From: Eledone cirrhosa
Taxonomy: Eukaryota
Assembly (NCBI GenBank): GCA_964016885.1
Contig: OZ024740.1
Span: forward strand, 361,150,001-361,214,000
Reading direction: 5' to 3'
Length of the DNA: 64,000 nucleotides
Part shown: piece by piece, positions 47,477-60,004 of the stretch
How positions within the stretch are numbered: the first letter of the stretch is position 1
Layout of the letters: every line of letters starts with the position of its first letter
Notes under the pieces: generated by a model
Databases searched by the model: none
What the model was told of the DNA's origin: nothing
What the model saw: only the letters and a program-made list of their open reading frames with translations
Position numbers and translations under genes: made by a program

Positions 47477-49338
47477 TTCATCATCATCATTATCGTTTAA
47501 CGTTCATCTTCCACGCTACCATGGATTAGACGGTTTTGTTCCATTTGATGCAGGATTGGTCAGGAGACTGTGTCTCACTCGTACGGAACTGTCTCTGGCA
47601 GGTTTTCTATGGCTGGATGCCCTTCCTAACATCAACCACATTTACAGTGTGGACTGGGTGCATTTTGTTGTGTCACTGACACAGTGGACAGAAATGGGAG
47701 GATGGGGTAGTGTGTATAGCGTGGGATGTATATTGGGTTAAGAGGTGCCTACTGACTGTAGGTTTCTATGCAAGGTCAGTTTTTATCACCTCGTCCAAAG
47801 TTTTTCTTGGTCTACCCACTCCGCAGCTTCCATCAATTTTCATTGCACTGCACTTTTTTGTACAGCTGTTGTCCTTCATATGCATCACATAGCTATATCA
47901 ACGCAATCTCCTCTCCAGAACACAATATTTGATACCTCTTATGCTTAGTCCCTCTCTCAATTCATTTATGCTTCGCTGTTCACGTACATTATTATTACAC
48001 ATCCATCAGAGCATGCAAGCTTCATTTCTTTCTAATCTATGCAAGTCTTCAGCACACTACCATGGTTTCACTTCCATGTAATATCACCATTCATATACAA
48101 GCATCATACAATCTGCCTTTCACTTTTAGAGAAAAACCCCTTGTGGCCAACAGCGGTATTAGCTCTCTGAACTTTTTCCATCCCGTTCTAACTCTGGCCA
48201 CTACACTTTCACAGCACCCTCCTCCACTGCTGATTTTGTCACCCAGGTAACAGAAAATGTCTACTATTTCTATAGAACCATTTGGGCAGTTGAAGGAGAT
48301 AGCATCCAATGTACCCTTGCTGCTTACTGCACCTAAGCATTGGCCACATATACAATCTACATTCTTAGATAGCTTACCTGTGATCCCACTACCATAGTAT
48401 GTCCCACCATTCCAGATGTCTTCAACATTTCAGCAACTATCCCTGAAGGCCCAGCTGCCTTGCCTGTCTTTATATCTCTGATTGCTTTATTTACTATACT
48501 ACCATTAACTTGTATAGCTGGTCCTTCTATTGGATCGATGTGAGGCAGACATCTTTATTCCATTCATTCTCCTCATTCAGTAGTCTCTCGTAGTGACACT
48601 TCCAAGCTACCTTCTTATCAGTATCAGTGAGGGCAAGTATACCATTGTCATTACGGACACACTTCTCCCCGACAATATCACAATTCTCCTTCACACATTG
48701 CCTCGCAATCATGAACACCTCACATCTTTGGACCTCACATTGTAGAATATGCTTGAACTTACTATACTCTGCTTTCTTCTTTGCAAAGTATACTTGTTGT
48801 CTAGCTTCTCTCCTAGCCACCCGATAGAGTTCTTTCTCTACTATCCCCATCCTGCCATTCTTTCCAAGCCTGCTTTTTGCCCTTGGTGGACTCCTCCACC
48901 TTACCGTTCCACCACCATGTCACTCGCCTAATGGTCTGCTCCAGCCACAGATTTCATTAGTTGCCTTCAACAGGTTAACTTTCAGGAATTCTCACTGTTC
49001 CTCTATATTGTATGTCTCTAATTGCTCTTCCTTACTGTCAAAAGCATCAAGTAATATGCCTTTAAATTTGTTACTGGTTGTGGGGTTCTTCAACTTCCAT
49101 AATCCTTAAGGTATTCCTCTGCCGGCGAGTACATCTGGCTCACTAACTATTCTTCGTGAGGGAGGGACTTAGTGTTCATAACAGACACTCTGTCTCATTT
49201 TCTAGTAAGGATAAAATCTATCTGGCTGGTGTGCTCCCCTGATCTATAAGTGATCAAGTGACTGTCACGTTTTTTTGAAGTTTGTGTTGCAGATAGTCAG
49301 GTCATTTGCATCACAGAATTCTAGGGTTTGGTACACAT
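47477..49338 (-). mobile_element. Degraded RTE-type LINE (family B-like), 3' tail to APE region with deletions
   Basis: (ATG)n tail at 47477-47492; FCYLGDKISSGGGCCESVVARVRTGWKKFREL; [15 protein letters not shown]; LEFCDANDLTICNTNFKK. Confidence 0.87.
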
Positions 49339-49357
49339 TATATATATATATATATAT

Positions 49358-49862
49358 AAGGGTTGACGGACCCAGCATATTTATTAATGCCAGTACCGGG
49401 TGTATCTCAGCGAACTCAATTGGCAATGTAAGATACATTACCAGAGTATACACATAGTTATTTGCCTCAACACAACACACGTAAAATGGGTGCCTATAAG
49501 GTTCCCGGACTCGAGTTTCTGCAGCACTAATGCAGCAGTAAGGTGCACTGCACCATCTGTCTGCATATATTATGCAACAATGCACAATCGGCTTATGCGG
49601 CTTCATCAGCGGGTATTGCCTAAACAATAACCAATCAATCGACTTAATCCAAACACCGGCCCGTGCCGGTCATGACTGTTTGTGACAATCGACACGGTAA
49701 AGCGATTAACTGGCAACCGATAGGACTCTATCTCTCAACTAGCCACTGATTTACACATTTTACGTGGGGACGGGAAGCTAAAAAGAATCAATCTATTAGT
49801 TCCTGTCAGAAGCTCTCAGCGAACATGTCTCACACACAAATTATCAAGGGGTGAAAAGATGG

Positions 49863-49863
<1 letters not shown>
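49358..49863 (-). mobile_element. TA-flanked non-coding island, putative PLE pseudo-LTR or non-autonomous element
   Basis: (TA)n at 49339-49357 and 49864-49902; contains an intact-core hammerhead. Confidence 0.6.
49504..49613 (-). ncRNA. Type I hammerhead ribozyme with canonical core and 83-nt branched stem II
   Basis: Minus strand cccg-CTGATGA-[83 nt]-GAA-ACTCGAGT-C-cggg; GUC cleavage triplet; palindromic stem III; stem II base gc(c)gca-taa/tta(g)tgc(t)gc. Confidence 0.72.
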
Positions 49864-49908
<45 letters not shown>

Positions 49909-50137
49909 GTTAAAAATGTACATCCACATATGTATACTGAAATACTATGTGCAAACACACACACATCACAAGATAAGTGAATTCAATTGAATTCCTGACC
50001 TGTTGAACCCCACCCCCACCTTCACCACCACACCTTCATGAATAATATATATAAGAACAAATTTTGGCGGAAACTCACGTATATTCGAACTGCTCACAGA
50101 ATACATGAAAATACATTTTTTCTAATATTTAATATCT

Positions 50138-50180
50138 AATATTTGATAAGATTTTTATATCAATCGAAACTGGTTATATT
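50138..50180 (+). ncRNA. Minimal hammerhead ribozyme remnant (U3-A8 variant)
   Basis: aatat-TTGATAA-GATT-tttatatc-AATC-GAAA-ctgg-TT-atatt; cleavage position is U (likely decayed). Confidence 0.6.
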
Positions 50181-50183
50181 TAA

Positions 50184-50402
50184 CCCTTTAGCATTTACAT
50201 TACTCTATATATATACTATTTTATTTTCGCAGTAAAGGCTTTATCTCTCATAATATCTCACATAATATTGAATCTATGAGATTTTAATATTTATTTTGAG
50301 AACAATACCTTAACATCAGTATGAGTGGCCAGTTATGGCTTGTTTGAATTGAAAGAGGTAAGAGAATTCTGGCTGGATATGGCTGGTTTAAATGCTAAAG
50401 GG
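50184..50402. mobile_element. piggyBac-type MITE
   Basis: TTAA TSD on both sides; TIR CCCTTTAGCATTTA / TAAATGCTAAAGGG; homologous to 62784-62987. Confidence 0.88.
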
Positions 50403-50552
50403 TTAATACAACAATTGTAAAATTACTCATTTTGTCAGATTAAAGAAAAAATAATCTTTAAATATACTTCTGTGCATTTTCACCTTCACTTTTTAACTAT
50501 AAACTGTTATATAAATACAGTAGGATAGATCCCTCATCTAGGATGCCACATA

Positions 50553-50785
50553 TTGGGTTCGGTTACAAGCCCAGGCTCCACTGCTCACCAGGTCAAAGAG
50601 GGCAAACTGTCAAAGTATCAGCCACTCGCTGATAGATTTATGGTTAAGCCTGTGGCAGTGAAGACTTCCGGCGTTCTTGGCCCCCAGACCACATCCCTAC
50701 TCACTGCTATCGGAGTGGAATGGCTGTCCCACTCCCGTGGCAATATCTTCTCCATCCTGTATCCAGGACATGAGGCCGACTGAAT
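50553..50785 (+). mobile_element. CRE-like non-LTR retrotransposon, restriction-like endonuclease C-terminal fragment
   Basis: PGSTAHQVKEGKLSKYQPLADRFMVKPVAVKTSGVLGP...RGNIFSIL. Confidence 0.7.
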
Positions 50786-51560
50786 GATGAATACAGATCA
50801 CACACACATTATCCTAACAAAACTTAGTTAATAAACTGTTTATTTTAAATTGTTTGCATTTATCTATAAAAAAAAAACCCAAAAACCGATGATCAGTTGT
50901 GACTAAATTTAAAAGTGAGAATTGGAATAAAGGAATAACATCAATCATGAACATCATGTCTACAGCTGCTGAAAAAAATATTTAAAGGGTGCTGCAGCCC
51001 CCTCCACACCCCAATATTGCTTGCTGCTCAAGTTGTAAATAATTTCTCTCTCTCTCATATACCCATATCTTTTCAGCATGTCTTTATTGTTTTGCAGGTC
51101 GTTACTCTGGCTTATACTGTTTCATTGATCGTTGACCTCAACTGCCATACTTTGCTATAGATTATAACGTACTCTTTATGCTATGTATCCTCTTGTACTG
51201 AATATTCTTATGATATATATACTTTTGAACAATGTACTTTTAAGATATATATATGTTAAGTTGTAATTTAAACTGACTTCAGAGAAGCAACCCCATAGCT
51301 AAATGTTTATAGTTTTAATGGTTTTTCAATAATATTAGTTGAAACGAGCAATGAAAGTGAAATCTTTATTGCAATGTAAAGTAGTGTGACCTTAAGCTGC
51401 CTGTCACCACGCATCTGTAATCTGTTTAACGCTTTTAATACCAGCCTGCCCACCAAACTGCCTGTTTCTATGAAATAAAACCACACATTTTAAAGGTTTT
51501 CTACTTCAATAAAAATCTTCTAACAACATTTGATATAAGAATCTTTTGTTATATTACAAA

Positions 51561-52480
51561 TTCTCCTTCTCCACCTTCTCCACCTTTGCCTAGTTATTCT
51601 TCAGAGGGTTGTGGGGGCAGAGTCCTCAAACATTCCTTCCAGCGGTTCATGTCAGAAGCAACTGTCTTCAACTGATCTAATTTGGCTGGATCCCCAAGTG
51701 GGACCAGCCAAGCTCATGGATGTTATCCAACCATATTGTTCGAGGTTTACCCCTGGGCCTCTTGTGAATTGGTTTTGTTCATAAAATCTGTTGAGTGATT
51801 CTCCAAGCTCCACATTCTATTGAGTAATGTTATTCCAAAGACCCTTCAGAGGAACCACATTTTGGCTACTTGTATTCATGATCATATTCTTTTGGTCATT
51901 ACCTAAGATACATGATCATAGGCAAGGGTTATACATGATCATAGGCAAGGGTTGGTATGAATACTGAATTGAAGATAGCAAATTTGGCTTTTGCACCTAC
52001 CTTACTTCTGATGACCAAATGCTGAAGTTAGTGCATTACTGCACCAGCTCCTGCAATTCTTGCACTTAATTCTGCTTCTTGTCATCCATCACCTATGAAC
52101 ACGGCCCTGTGATACTTGAACTTCTCCATCTGCTTCAGTGGAAGTCCAATCACATGTAGAGTACACTGTGGAAGCTTCATTGCAATGAGTGTTTCAGTCT
52201 TCACAGCACTGAACTTCATTCCTGCCAGCATTCGGCAGCAAACCTATCAAGTGCATGTTGGAGATCACCTTTCAATGAGTTAAGTAATACCATGTCACCC
52301 ATAAATTCCAGCTGACTGATCCTACACTTGCCTGTCTTGATACCACTTCCCACCCAGCTGTGCATATCAATCCTATCCATGAAGATTATGATCAGAAGAG
52401 ATGAAAGTATGCACCCCTGGTGGATTCCAACATCTACATTGAATAACATACATACATCTTTTGGCAATACTCCCACAGCT
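51561..52480 (-). mobile_element. Degraded RTE (Rex3/Expander-like) LINE fragment
   Basis: GIHQGCILSSLLIIIFMDRI...DLQHALDRFAAEC; downstream EKFKY and RPRGKPR-type remnants. Confidence 0.75.
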
Positions 52481-53060
52481 TCTCAAAGACCTGTTGCAGA
52501 ATGAAAATTGGGATTATCACTCCCGATTGCCATTGCTTGGGCGCTTTTCCAGAGATCCAGGCTCTTTATTATGAACACTTTCTTTCAGTTCAAAGACATC
52601 CATAAATACACATAGTATAAGGGGAATTGAGAACAGAGATCAATAATTAATTTTTTTATTGTCTCTGATCTCTGATTTTCTGCTGGATTTTCATATTAAG
52701 AGAGGGCTAAATTAAAATATTCAAACAAGAGTTTATATAATAAACATTTTCTTATGTCAAATACTAACTTAATAAAATAACAATTTTAGCAAATTATTCA
52801 TTAATTAATTGAAATACAGTGTTTTCATTATAAATATGGTAATATGATACTAACCCACCTCTATTTTTTCTATCTTTTTTGCTGAATGCCCAATTAAAAC
52901 ATTGGGATACTTACTAAACACTGACTTGAACTTATACCCTTATGTAATAAAGATAGTTGCTGTAATTTAACTTAAAATGAATGAAGGCATACATAAGCCT
53001 CGTGAATGTTTTACGCTCTGATCATGTCACTGCTCGCTTAGTAAATGTGAGAGAACACCA

Positions 53061-53102
53061 ACTACTATGGTATTTCAGAATCATTAATCTATCTTCAGTA
53101 AT
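53061..53102 (-). ncRNA. Degenerate minimal hammerhead-like motif
   Basis: Minus strand atta-CTGAAGA-tagattaatgattct-GAAA-tacca-TA-gtagt; stem I (attac/gtagt) only pairs if one C was lost. Confidence 0.4.
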
Positions 53103-53217
53103 ACTTATTCACTCAGTACTGAATTAAAGAAACTAATCATTCAAATATATAAATTTTTCAACTAATACATTTTTGATGGTAGCATATTTGCATATAGTGC
53201 GAGCTTGATAGGCTAGT

Positions 53218-53404
53218 GTGGATTGGCAGTATCGGTAGAGGGTCGGACGTCATGCTTTCCAGCATAGTTACGTCCCTTTACGGTCTGAGTTCAAATCCCG
53301 CCGAGGTTCACTTTGCCTTTCATCCTTACGGGGTCAATAAAATAAAGTACCAGTAATGTATTGGGTAATTGCTGGCCTTGTGCCAAAAGTAGAAACAATT
53401 AATT
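53218..53404 (+). mobile_element. tRNA-derived SINE (same family as 44023-44209)
   Basis: gtggattggcagtatcggtagagggtcggacg...gagttcaaatccc...gtagaaacaatt. Confidence 0.9.
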
Positions 53405-54149
53405 AGCAGTAGCACAGAATAAAGGCATATATGGAAACATATACATCATCATCATTTGATGTCTGCTTTCCCTGCTAGCAAATATTTTTATTTATAATAA
53501 ACATACATAATCTCAATGTATTTTAAGGCGTGATTATATCACGGTTACCTCAGTAACCATGTGTGAATGCCAAATACTAGTATTTCAAGATTGTTAAACA
53601 CACATCATACACACACGTGTGTGCTCATGCGCACATAAAATGTCCACCTGACCTGTATTGTTGCAATCTACAATATATAGGTTAGATTGTATTATATAGT
53701 GCATACACATAGATACCCACACACACATACTGCAGAACACACACCTTTCCACACAAGCTGGATGAAATGAGCATGGAGAGGATGATTCCTGTCTGCCAGT
53801 ATGCTTTCAACTTCCCTGCCCCCACATTAATCCCAAAGATGCAGAGAGATAAAACAACATTGAGGTTCCCACCTGCCAGTATACTCCCAATTCCCCTGCC
53901 TTCCCCTTCACTATCTAAGACACTACCTTAGTCCTGCACTTCCCACTCACATCCTTCCCTCATCATCCAACCAATGCCTAAATAGAAAGTCAGGGCGATT
54001 CAGTGTCATAATAAGGTAGTACTGGTATCACAATAAAATGGAACAGAACTTAACAAGGGTTCTTATATAAAATTATGATGGAAGGTTTTTAGATAAATAT
54101 TAACACTTTAAAAGAAACTAGGCTGTAAGACATCAAACTCTATCGCACA

Positions 54150-54226
54150 TTTTCATGTAACCCGTTTGCAGGCAACTTAATTTATCATGTATAAATTATG
54201 TTGCCTCCAGATGTGTTGCACGAAAA
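54150..54226. repeat. Old imperfect palindrome (MITE-like)
   Basis: aggcaac-t-taattta ... taaatta-t-gttgcct with weaker outer arms. Confidence 0.6.
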
Positions 54227-54596
54227 TCAAAAACTAAGCATATAAATGGTTTATTTGTCCTAAAACAGCTTTGTATCATAGAACCAGGAATGGATTCAGG
54301 CATTGTAGTTAAAACCAATCACACACTATGAAACATTCAAATCTTCTTTTTTAATAAATACTCCAATTATAATGTAGTCTTTAGAATATTTGTGTTTTAA
54401 CATGTCATGTATTGTCAAACCAGGGATAGTTTCAGTCAGTTTTTGTATGAAAGATTTAAAAAATCCAATCTTGTTATAAATGGAGCTCTGTCAATTTCAA
54501 CGATGACTGTTCTCTAGACATATGTATCCTTAACTCAGGGATATTCAGTGTGACACAGTGTATTTGACAAAAATAGCCCTTTTAATTACAGGTACA

Positions 54597-54763
54597 GTCC
54601 ATCTGACAGGCTTTCAATCAGTTTTCGTCTACCCAGTTTCATTCACTAGGCATTGGTCGAACTGAGGCTATGGTATATGACACTTACCCAAGATGTCATG
54701 CTGTGGAAGTGGACCCTGGACCTAATGATTGCAAAACAAACTTCTTAACCATTCAGCCATGCT
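54597..54763 (-). mobile_element. tRNA-derived SINE, second family (CORE-like)
   Basis: Minus strand gcatggctgaatggttaagaagttt...atcttgggtaagtgtc; homologous to 59860-60001. Confidence 0.75.
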
Positions 54764-55317
54764 CCAAAACAGTCTGGCAAGAAACTGCAATCCAGACAGA
54801 AGAGGTGATGGAATTCTTAGGATGAGAACCATTTCCTTAATATAGATAGATTATATTATCTATAGACACATAAATATGTGACATTTATACTAGTAAAGCC
54901 ATAACTTTACTTGGGTGTCCATATGTGGGTGTCTGTGCATCTTTCAGCATATGCATGTGAATATGTGTCTGTTAGTGTGTGTATGTGTCTCTGTCTGTGT
55001 CCGGGCATATCTGTGTGCATGAGTGTGTGTGTGTGTGTCTGTCTGAAAACCAGACTCCCCACCCGCCATCATTCTAGACAGAAACACCATAGCTAAGCAC
55101 AAGAATTGAGAGGAGTTATTTAGGTCATGCACCCTACTCCACCTATGCATACACACACATTTACATGTGTGCACACTCATAAACTCATTCATACACATGC
55201 ACTCACACACACACTCTACACACGTGTTCACCATGTGCATATCATGTATCAGCAGCTGTAACTGCTGCACTTTTATGTCCGTTGTAGATGTGGTGACTAC
55301 TGTGAAAGTAGGGATTT

Positions 55318-55503
55318 CTGTTGCATTGTTGTTGCTGCATTGTTGTATGGTTGTTGCATTATTGTTACCTAATTCATTGCTGCTGTTATTGATGTTGTCA
55401 TTGTTGTTGCTGTATTCATTGATGTTGTTGCTGCTGTTGTTGTTGTAGTTATTGTTGTTGCTGCTGAGGCTGTAGTCATTGTTGCTGCTGTATTCATTGC
55501 TGC
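55318..55503. repeat. (TTG/CTG)n degenerate trinucleotide repeat
   Basis: Direct reading. Confidence 0.85.
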
Positions 55504-55795
55504 AGTCTGTGACTAACCCAGGTTCTGCTGCACGTCGGGCTGAGGAGGCCAAACTCTTCAAATACCGGTCGCTCTCCGACAGATTTGCGGTTGTACCCTT
55601 GGCAGTGGATACTTCTGGTGTCCTTGGCCCTCAGGGTACCTCCCTACTCACCACCATAGGTGCTGAGCTGGCCAGCCGCAGGTGTGATCCCCGCGAGTTG
55701 GAATGGCTTTTCCAGCGTGTCTCCCTTACCGTCCTCCGGTGAAACGCCTTCTCTATTCTGTCCGCCGGGGCTGTGGGGAGGCCACCAATATGATT
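55504..55795 (+). mobile_element. CRE-like non-LTR retrotransposon 3' fragment (restriction-like endonuclease domain)
   Basis: PGSAARRAEEAKLFKYRSLSDRFAVVPLAVDTSGVLGP...LFQRVSLTVLR*NAFSIL matches the AExxKxxKY...ETxG...QRxSxxxQRGNA pattern. Confidence 0.8.
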
Positions 55796-56699
55796 GACTG
55801 ACTTGTCATTTTATCAGTCAGATTTTTTTAGACAGCCAAAGGATCTGTGATTAATCATTTTCAATTATGTCTCTACGTTCTTACTGATTGAGCTGTAGGC
55901 TGTCTACTTTTCCCCCCTCGTTCTCCCACTCTTAGGTAAAGAGCAAGGCCTGAATCATTAATCCTTTTTTCTTTACCTTTTTCTAATGAAAAGAAATGTG
56001 TTTTTTTAGGCCATTTTCAGGGTAAATTCACCTTTGAAATGTTGTCATGGAATACACAGAACAAAAAAGAAAGAAAGAAAATTAGGGAACGTCTGCAATA
56101 GGTTGTAAGGTTCAGAATCTATATAGTGGAATTTAGAAAATGTCAGCTGTACAAAGCCCATCCTTTTCTATGTCTGACATTCAGTGGAGTCGAATTCAAC
56201 ACTGCAAGTCAACTAAATACTTGTCAATTTTACTGGGTTAACCTCGCAATAGGCTGATGTACTCTTATCTGCTTAACACCAATGAAACTTTTAACTTTAA
56301 CTTAACTTCTATATATTGTGTTTAGCTAACTTCTATTTATAGAATAGACTTCTGTCATTTTAGACAATAAGTGTTCCAGTTTTTCTATCAATGGAGCAAC
56401 CTGCTCATGAAATTAATGTGTAGGTAGCTGAGCACTCCACAGACATGTGTACTCATAATGTAATTCTCAAGGAGATTCAGTATGATAATGTCTGACAAAT
56501 CTGACCCTTTGAAACATGTACACAGCATGACTCCTGCAAGACAATAGACATTGGAATGAGCAGTCATTTGAGTAGCCAGTTAAATAAGACAGTTGTTTGC
56601 TATTATGCTCACAGAATGTGGAATTGACAAAGCTCATCTACTCTGACACAAAACAATATCACACGGCATGAACAATCTTTTGGCAACATCACGAAGAAC

Positions 56700-57690
56700 T
56701 CACCGAAGTGCAAGCTCCTGTAAACATGCAAGATGATAATTTGGGATGAAGCCACTATGAGCCATAAACAAACAGTTGAAGCCTAGGACAGGACAATAAG
56801 GGATTTGAGAGACAATACTTACATAATGGGAGTAGTGATAATGGTTCTTGCTGGAGTTTATCTGAAAACTCGGCCTGTAATTTCTCGAGAGACTTGAGCT
56901 GATCAGGGCAATCCCTGTATTTGACTGGTGATGAAAATATCAGTGAGTTTGCCATCCAGCTACTCAAATTGTGAAATGGACTTCTTGTAAAGGACTCCAA
57001 AGACCAGATTCAATTGTCATTTTGCCATATCATTAAAATGGAACAAAAACTGTTTGCCAGAATCTTTCCAAACATTCATATCAGACAATCTGATCCCAAA
57101 TGGCTCTGTGAACGAGCAATCTTAGCACTGAAAAATGTTACTGCATAAGAAATCAACAGATGGCTATTGGTATGTTACCAGGAGAGAAAACATGCTATAA
57201 ATCAATAGACTCAGTCACTTCCCAAGACCAGGTTATAAACTATCCAACTGAATTTTTTAACAACCTCCTCACAACCTGATACTAAAGCTTGGAGCATAGG
57301 TTATGCTACTTTGTAATCTGCATCTTCCAAAACTTTGCAATGGCACAAGACTCATCATCAAATGATGCCCCATTTCTTAGAAGTCTCAATCATGTTAAGA
57401 AAATTTGCTGGTGACAATTGTTTTATTCTCAGAATACCTCTGAAGTTAACTGATTTGCTATTTGAATTTCATACGCTTCAATTTTCTATCTGACTCAATT
57501 TTGCATTGACCATCAATAAATCTCAATGGCAATCATTGAAAATCATTGGCGTGAACCTGGCAGATCCTGTCTTTTCACATGGTCAGCTCTGTGTTGGTAT
57601 TACAAGTGTTGAAAGCCCTGATTGACTCTTCTTTGCAGCACCACACAGCAAAACCAAGAATGTTTTTTATCCAGAGTCTTTGGAATGTAA
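56700..57690 (+). pseudogene. Helitron RepHel Pif1-like helicase remnant
   Basis: Frameshifted motifs CKMIIWDEATMSHK, WLCERAILALKN, MLLCNL..PKLCNGTRL, FALTINKSQWQSL, VFSHGQL. Confidence 0.9.
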
Positions 57691-58607
57691 AAGTATATGA
57701 GCAAAACAGTATTGTAATTCCTACTTCAATGACAATACATGTAGACCCTAATTCCTTAGTTATATAGTTTGTAAGAAATTCTGAAGCCCCTAACTTTACT
57801 GTATAGTGTTATTTTGAGAGAATGCACAGGCATCCCTGGGTACCTCTGTTTTATAAAGTAGTATAAGTGAGATCTTTTTGTTATGGATAGACTTGTTAGA
57901 ATTAGCAACAAAATTTCCTTCACATCATACCCTACTGTCTTATGTATACATACATGTATAAAGCAAAAAGGAAAGGTTCTATGTGATCGCTCAATCTAGA
58001 AATATTAGCAAAACCCCCCTCAAATCACAGCCAAATGTATGATATACATACCATGGGAGCCACTATAATTGTTGGTATACCTAATAGAAATAGAAAACAA
58101 ATCTCTCTCAAACACGATCCTACTGCCTTAGAGGCAAAGGTGGGTGAAAGCTACAGTATAAAAATCTAAATGCACTTTCCTGAATTACAGAAATGAATAA
58201 TTAAATGCTTCATAACAGTTCATTCATAAATCTGTGCTAACTTGATTTTGTATTTTATTTCATTTGTGGTTTCCAAAGTAGACTTCAGGTGTTTTATTTT
58301 GAATTTTGGAGGTTCTGATTGTGCAAAAAAAAATTCAAATTTATTTTTTGGTCCTGCCCTTTTCACTGACAACGTACCTAATGATTCATTTATGGGTGAA
58401 GCATTATATATGCTGACTGTAAAAGGGAGCAGTATTCAAAAGAGCAACACTGGACAAAACCAAGAATATTTTTATCTAGATGCTTTGCATTGAACAAGCG
58501 ATAATGAAAATTCCCCTATAATTCCTACTTTAGTGGAAATAAAGTAATCCAATTTTATTGGTCAAATACTTTGTAATATGTGCCAAAATATATTGTTACT
58601 TTCATAA

Positions 58608-58639
58608 AATACCCGGGCATTGCCAGGTACTTCTGCTAG
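58608..58639 (+). mobile_element. Helitron 3' terminus
   Basis: Hairpin tacccgggcattgccaggta followed by CTAG|t, about 950 bp downstream of the Pif1 remnant. Confidence 0.75.
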
Positions 58640-58719
58640 TATCTATATATATGTTTTTGTGTATCTCATACAGTAATCCTTTCTTTCATGTATCATAGTT
58701 TTCAGACCATTTTCTTCCA

Positions 58720-58940
58720 AGTTGATCTCATATCCTGTTCATTTGATCAGGGATTAATAGAGCTAACAAATTGATCGTGTGTCCTGATTACTTGATCTGG
58801 GATTAATGAGGCTAAAAAATTGATCTTATGTCCTGATTACTTGATCTGGGATTAATAGGGCTAAAAAACTTGATTGTATGTCCTGATTACTTCATTTGGG
58901 ATTAGTATAGAAGCTTAATAAGTTGATTGCATGTTTTGTC
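58720..58940. repeat. Minisatellite, about 4.5 copies of a 49-50-bp unit
   Basis: tcctgattacttgatctgggattaatgaggctaaaaaattgatcttatg-like units at 58733, 58782, 58831, 58881. Confidence 0.85.
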
Positions 58941-59109
58941 CATCTAAGCAAGACTTTATAGTAGTAATTAATTGATCCCAGCTTATATTATCAGCACTTG
59001 GATAATGTAGAAAAATTCATGAGGTAGTTTCATTTCCAGACGAGTTGAACATTGGCAAATTTATCTAATAGTGAATCAAATGGAGACAAGTAGGAGAGAG
59101 GACTTTTTA

Positions 59110-59465
59110 GTTTTATCAGGGACATGGCAACCTCTCTAGTACTGATGCCATAATAAAATGCACCCAGTACAGTCTGTAAAGTGGTTGACAACCTAGTGAC
59201 GATAATGTAGAGTGAAAGGCCTTGAGTCTTGTCAAGGAGATGGCAACCTCTTTAGTAACTATGTCATGTACCCAGTACACTCTGTAAAGTGGTTGACAGC
59301 CCAATGGTGATAATGTAGGGTGGAGAGGGACTCTAGTCTTGTTGAGGACATGACAACCTCTCTAGTGCTGATAACATGATAAAATGTACCCAGTACTCTC
59401 TGTAAAGTGGTTGGTGTTAGGAAAATCATCCAGTCGTAGAAACATTGCCAAAATGATGATGCTAG
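59110..59465 (+). mobile_element. RTE 3' UTR-derived repeat with three tandem subunits
   Basis: acccagtac..tctgtaaagtggttg repeated three times, then ggtgttaggaaaatcatccagtcgtagaaac. Confidence 0.65.
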
Positions 59466-59859
59466 TATCAATGAAAACAACAAAATTATATTTTGTTGCT
59501 GTATACATCTCAACTGAAGGGTTGATGGTTCATATTCCAGCACTGCGATCAAAGCACAACACTTTCTCTTCAACATTTTCTTTATATTCTGGCAGAAAAA
59601 AGAATGGAAGAATTCTTTTTATCATCTTTGTCATCATCATATCATCGTCTCCGAGGTAGTATTTTATGGCTGGGTGCTCTTCCTGATGCCAACACTTGTT
59701 TGTTATTGTTGTTTTTTAAGTAGAATACTGATCATTGAATCACTGAACTATGGGACCTTTTTTATGCAGGACATAAACAAATGTTTAAGCAGTTTCAATG
59801 TAAAGACAGGCATGGAGATAAACCACCTCCTCCTATGCATTCACATACATGAAATTTCA

Positions 59860-60001
59860 GTTTCTGTATACCAAATTTCACTCACAAGGGATTGGTGAGC
59901 TAGAGGCTATAGTAGAACACACTTGCCTAAGTTGCCATGTAATATGATCAAACTGAAAACCATGTGATTACAAAGTGAACTTCACCACACAGCCATGCCT
60001 G
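59860..60001 (-). mobile_element. tRNA-derived SINE, second family (CORE-like)
   Basis: Minus strand caggcatggctgtgtggtgaagtt...cttaggcaagtgtgttctactatagcct. Confidence 0.75.
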
Positions 60002-60004
60002 TGC

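Noticed and set aside
51270-51315. Hammerhead-like layout aaactg...gc-loop-gc-taaa...tagttt
   Set aside because: Too many core mismatches to distinguish from chance
55990-56030. Possible micro-exon tttag|gccattttcagg|gtaaat
   Set aside because: Splice-like signals only; too short to support without transcripts
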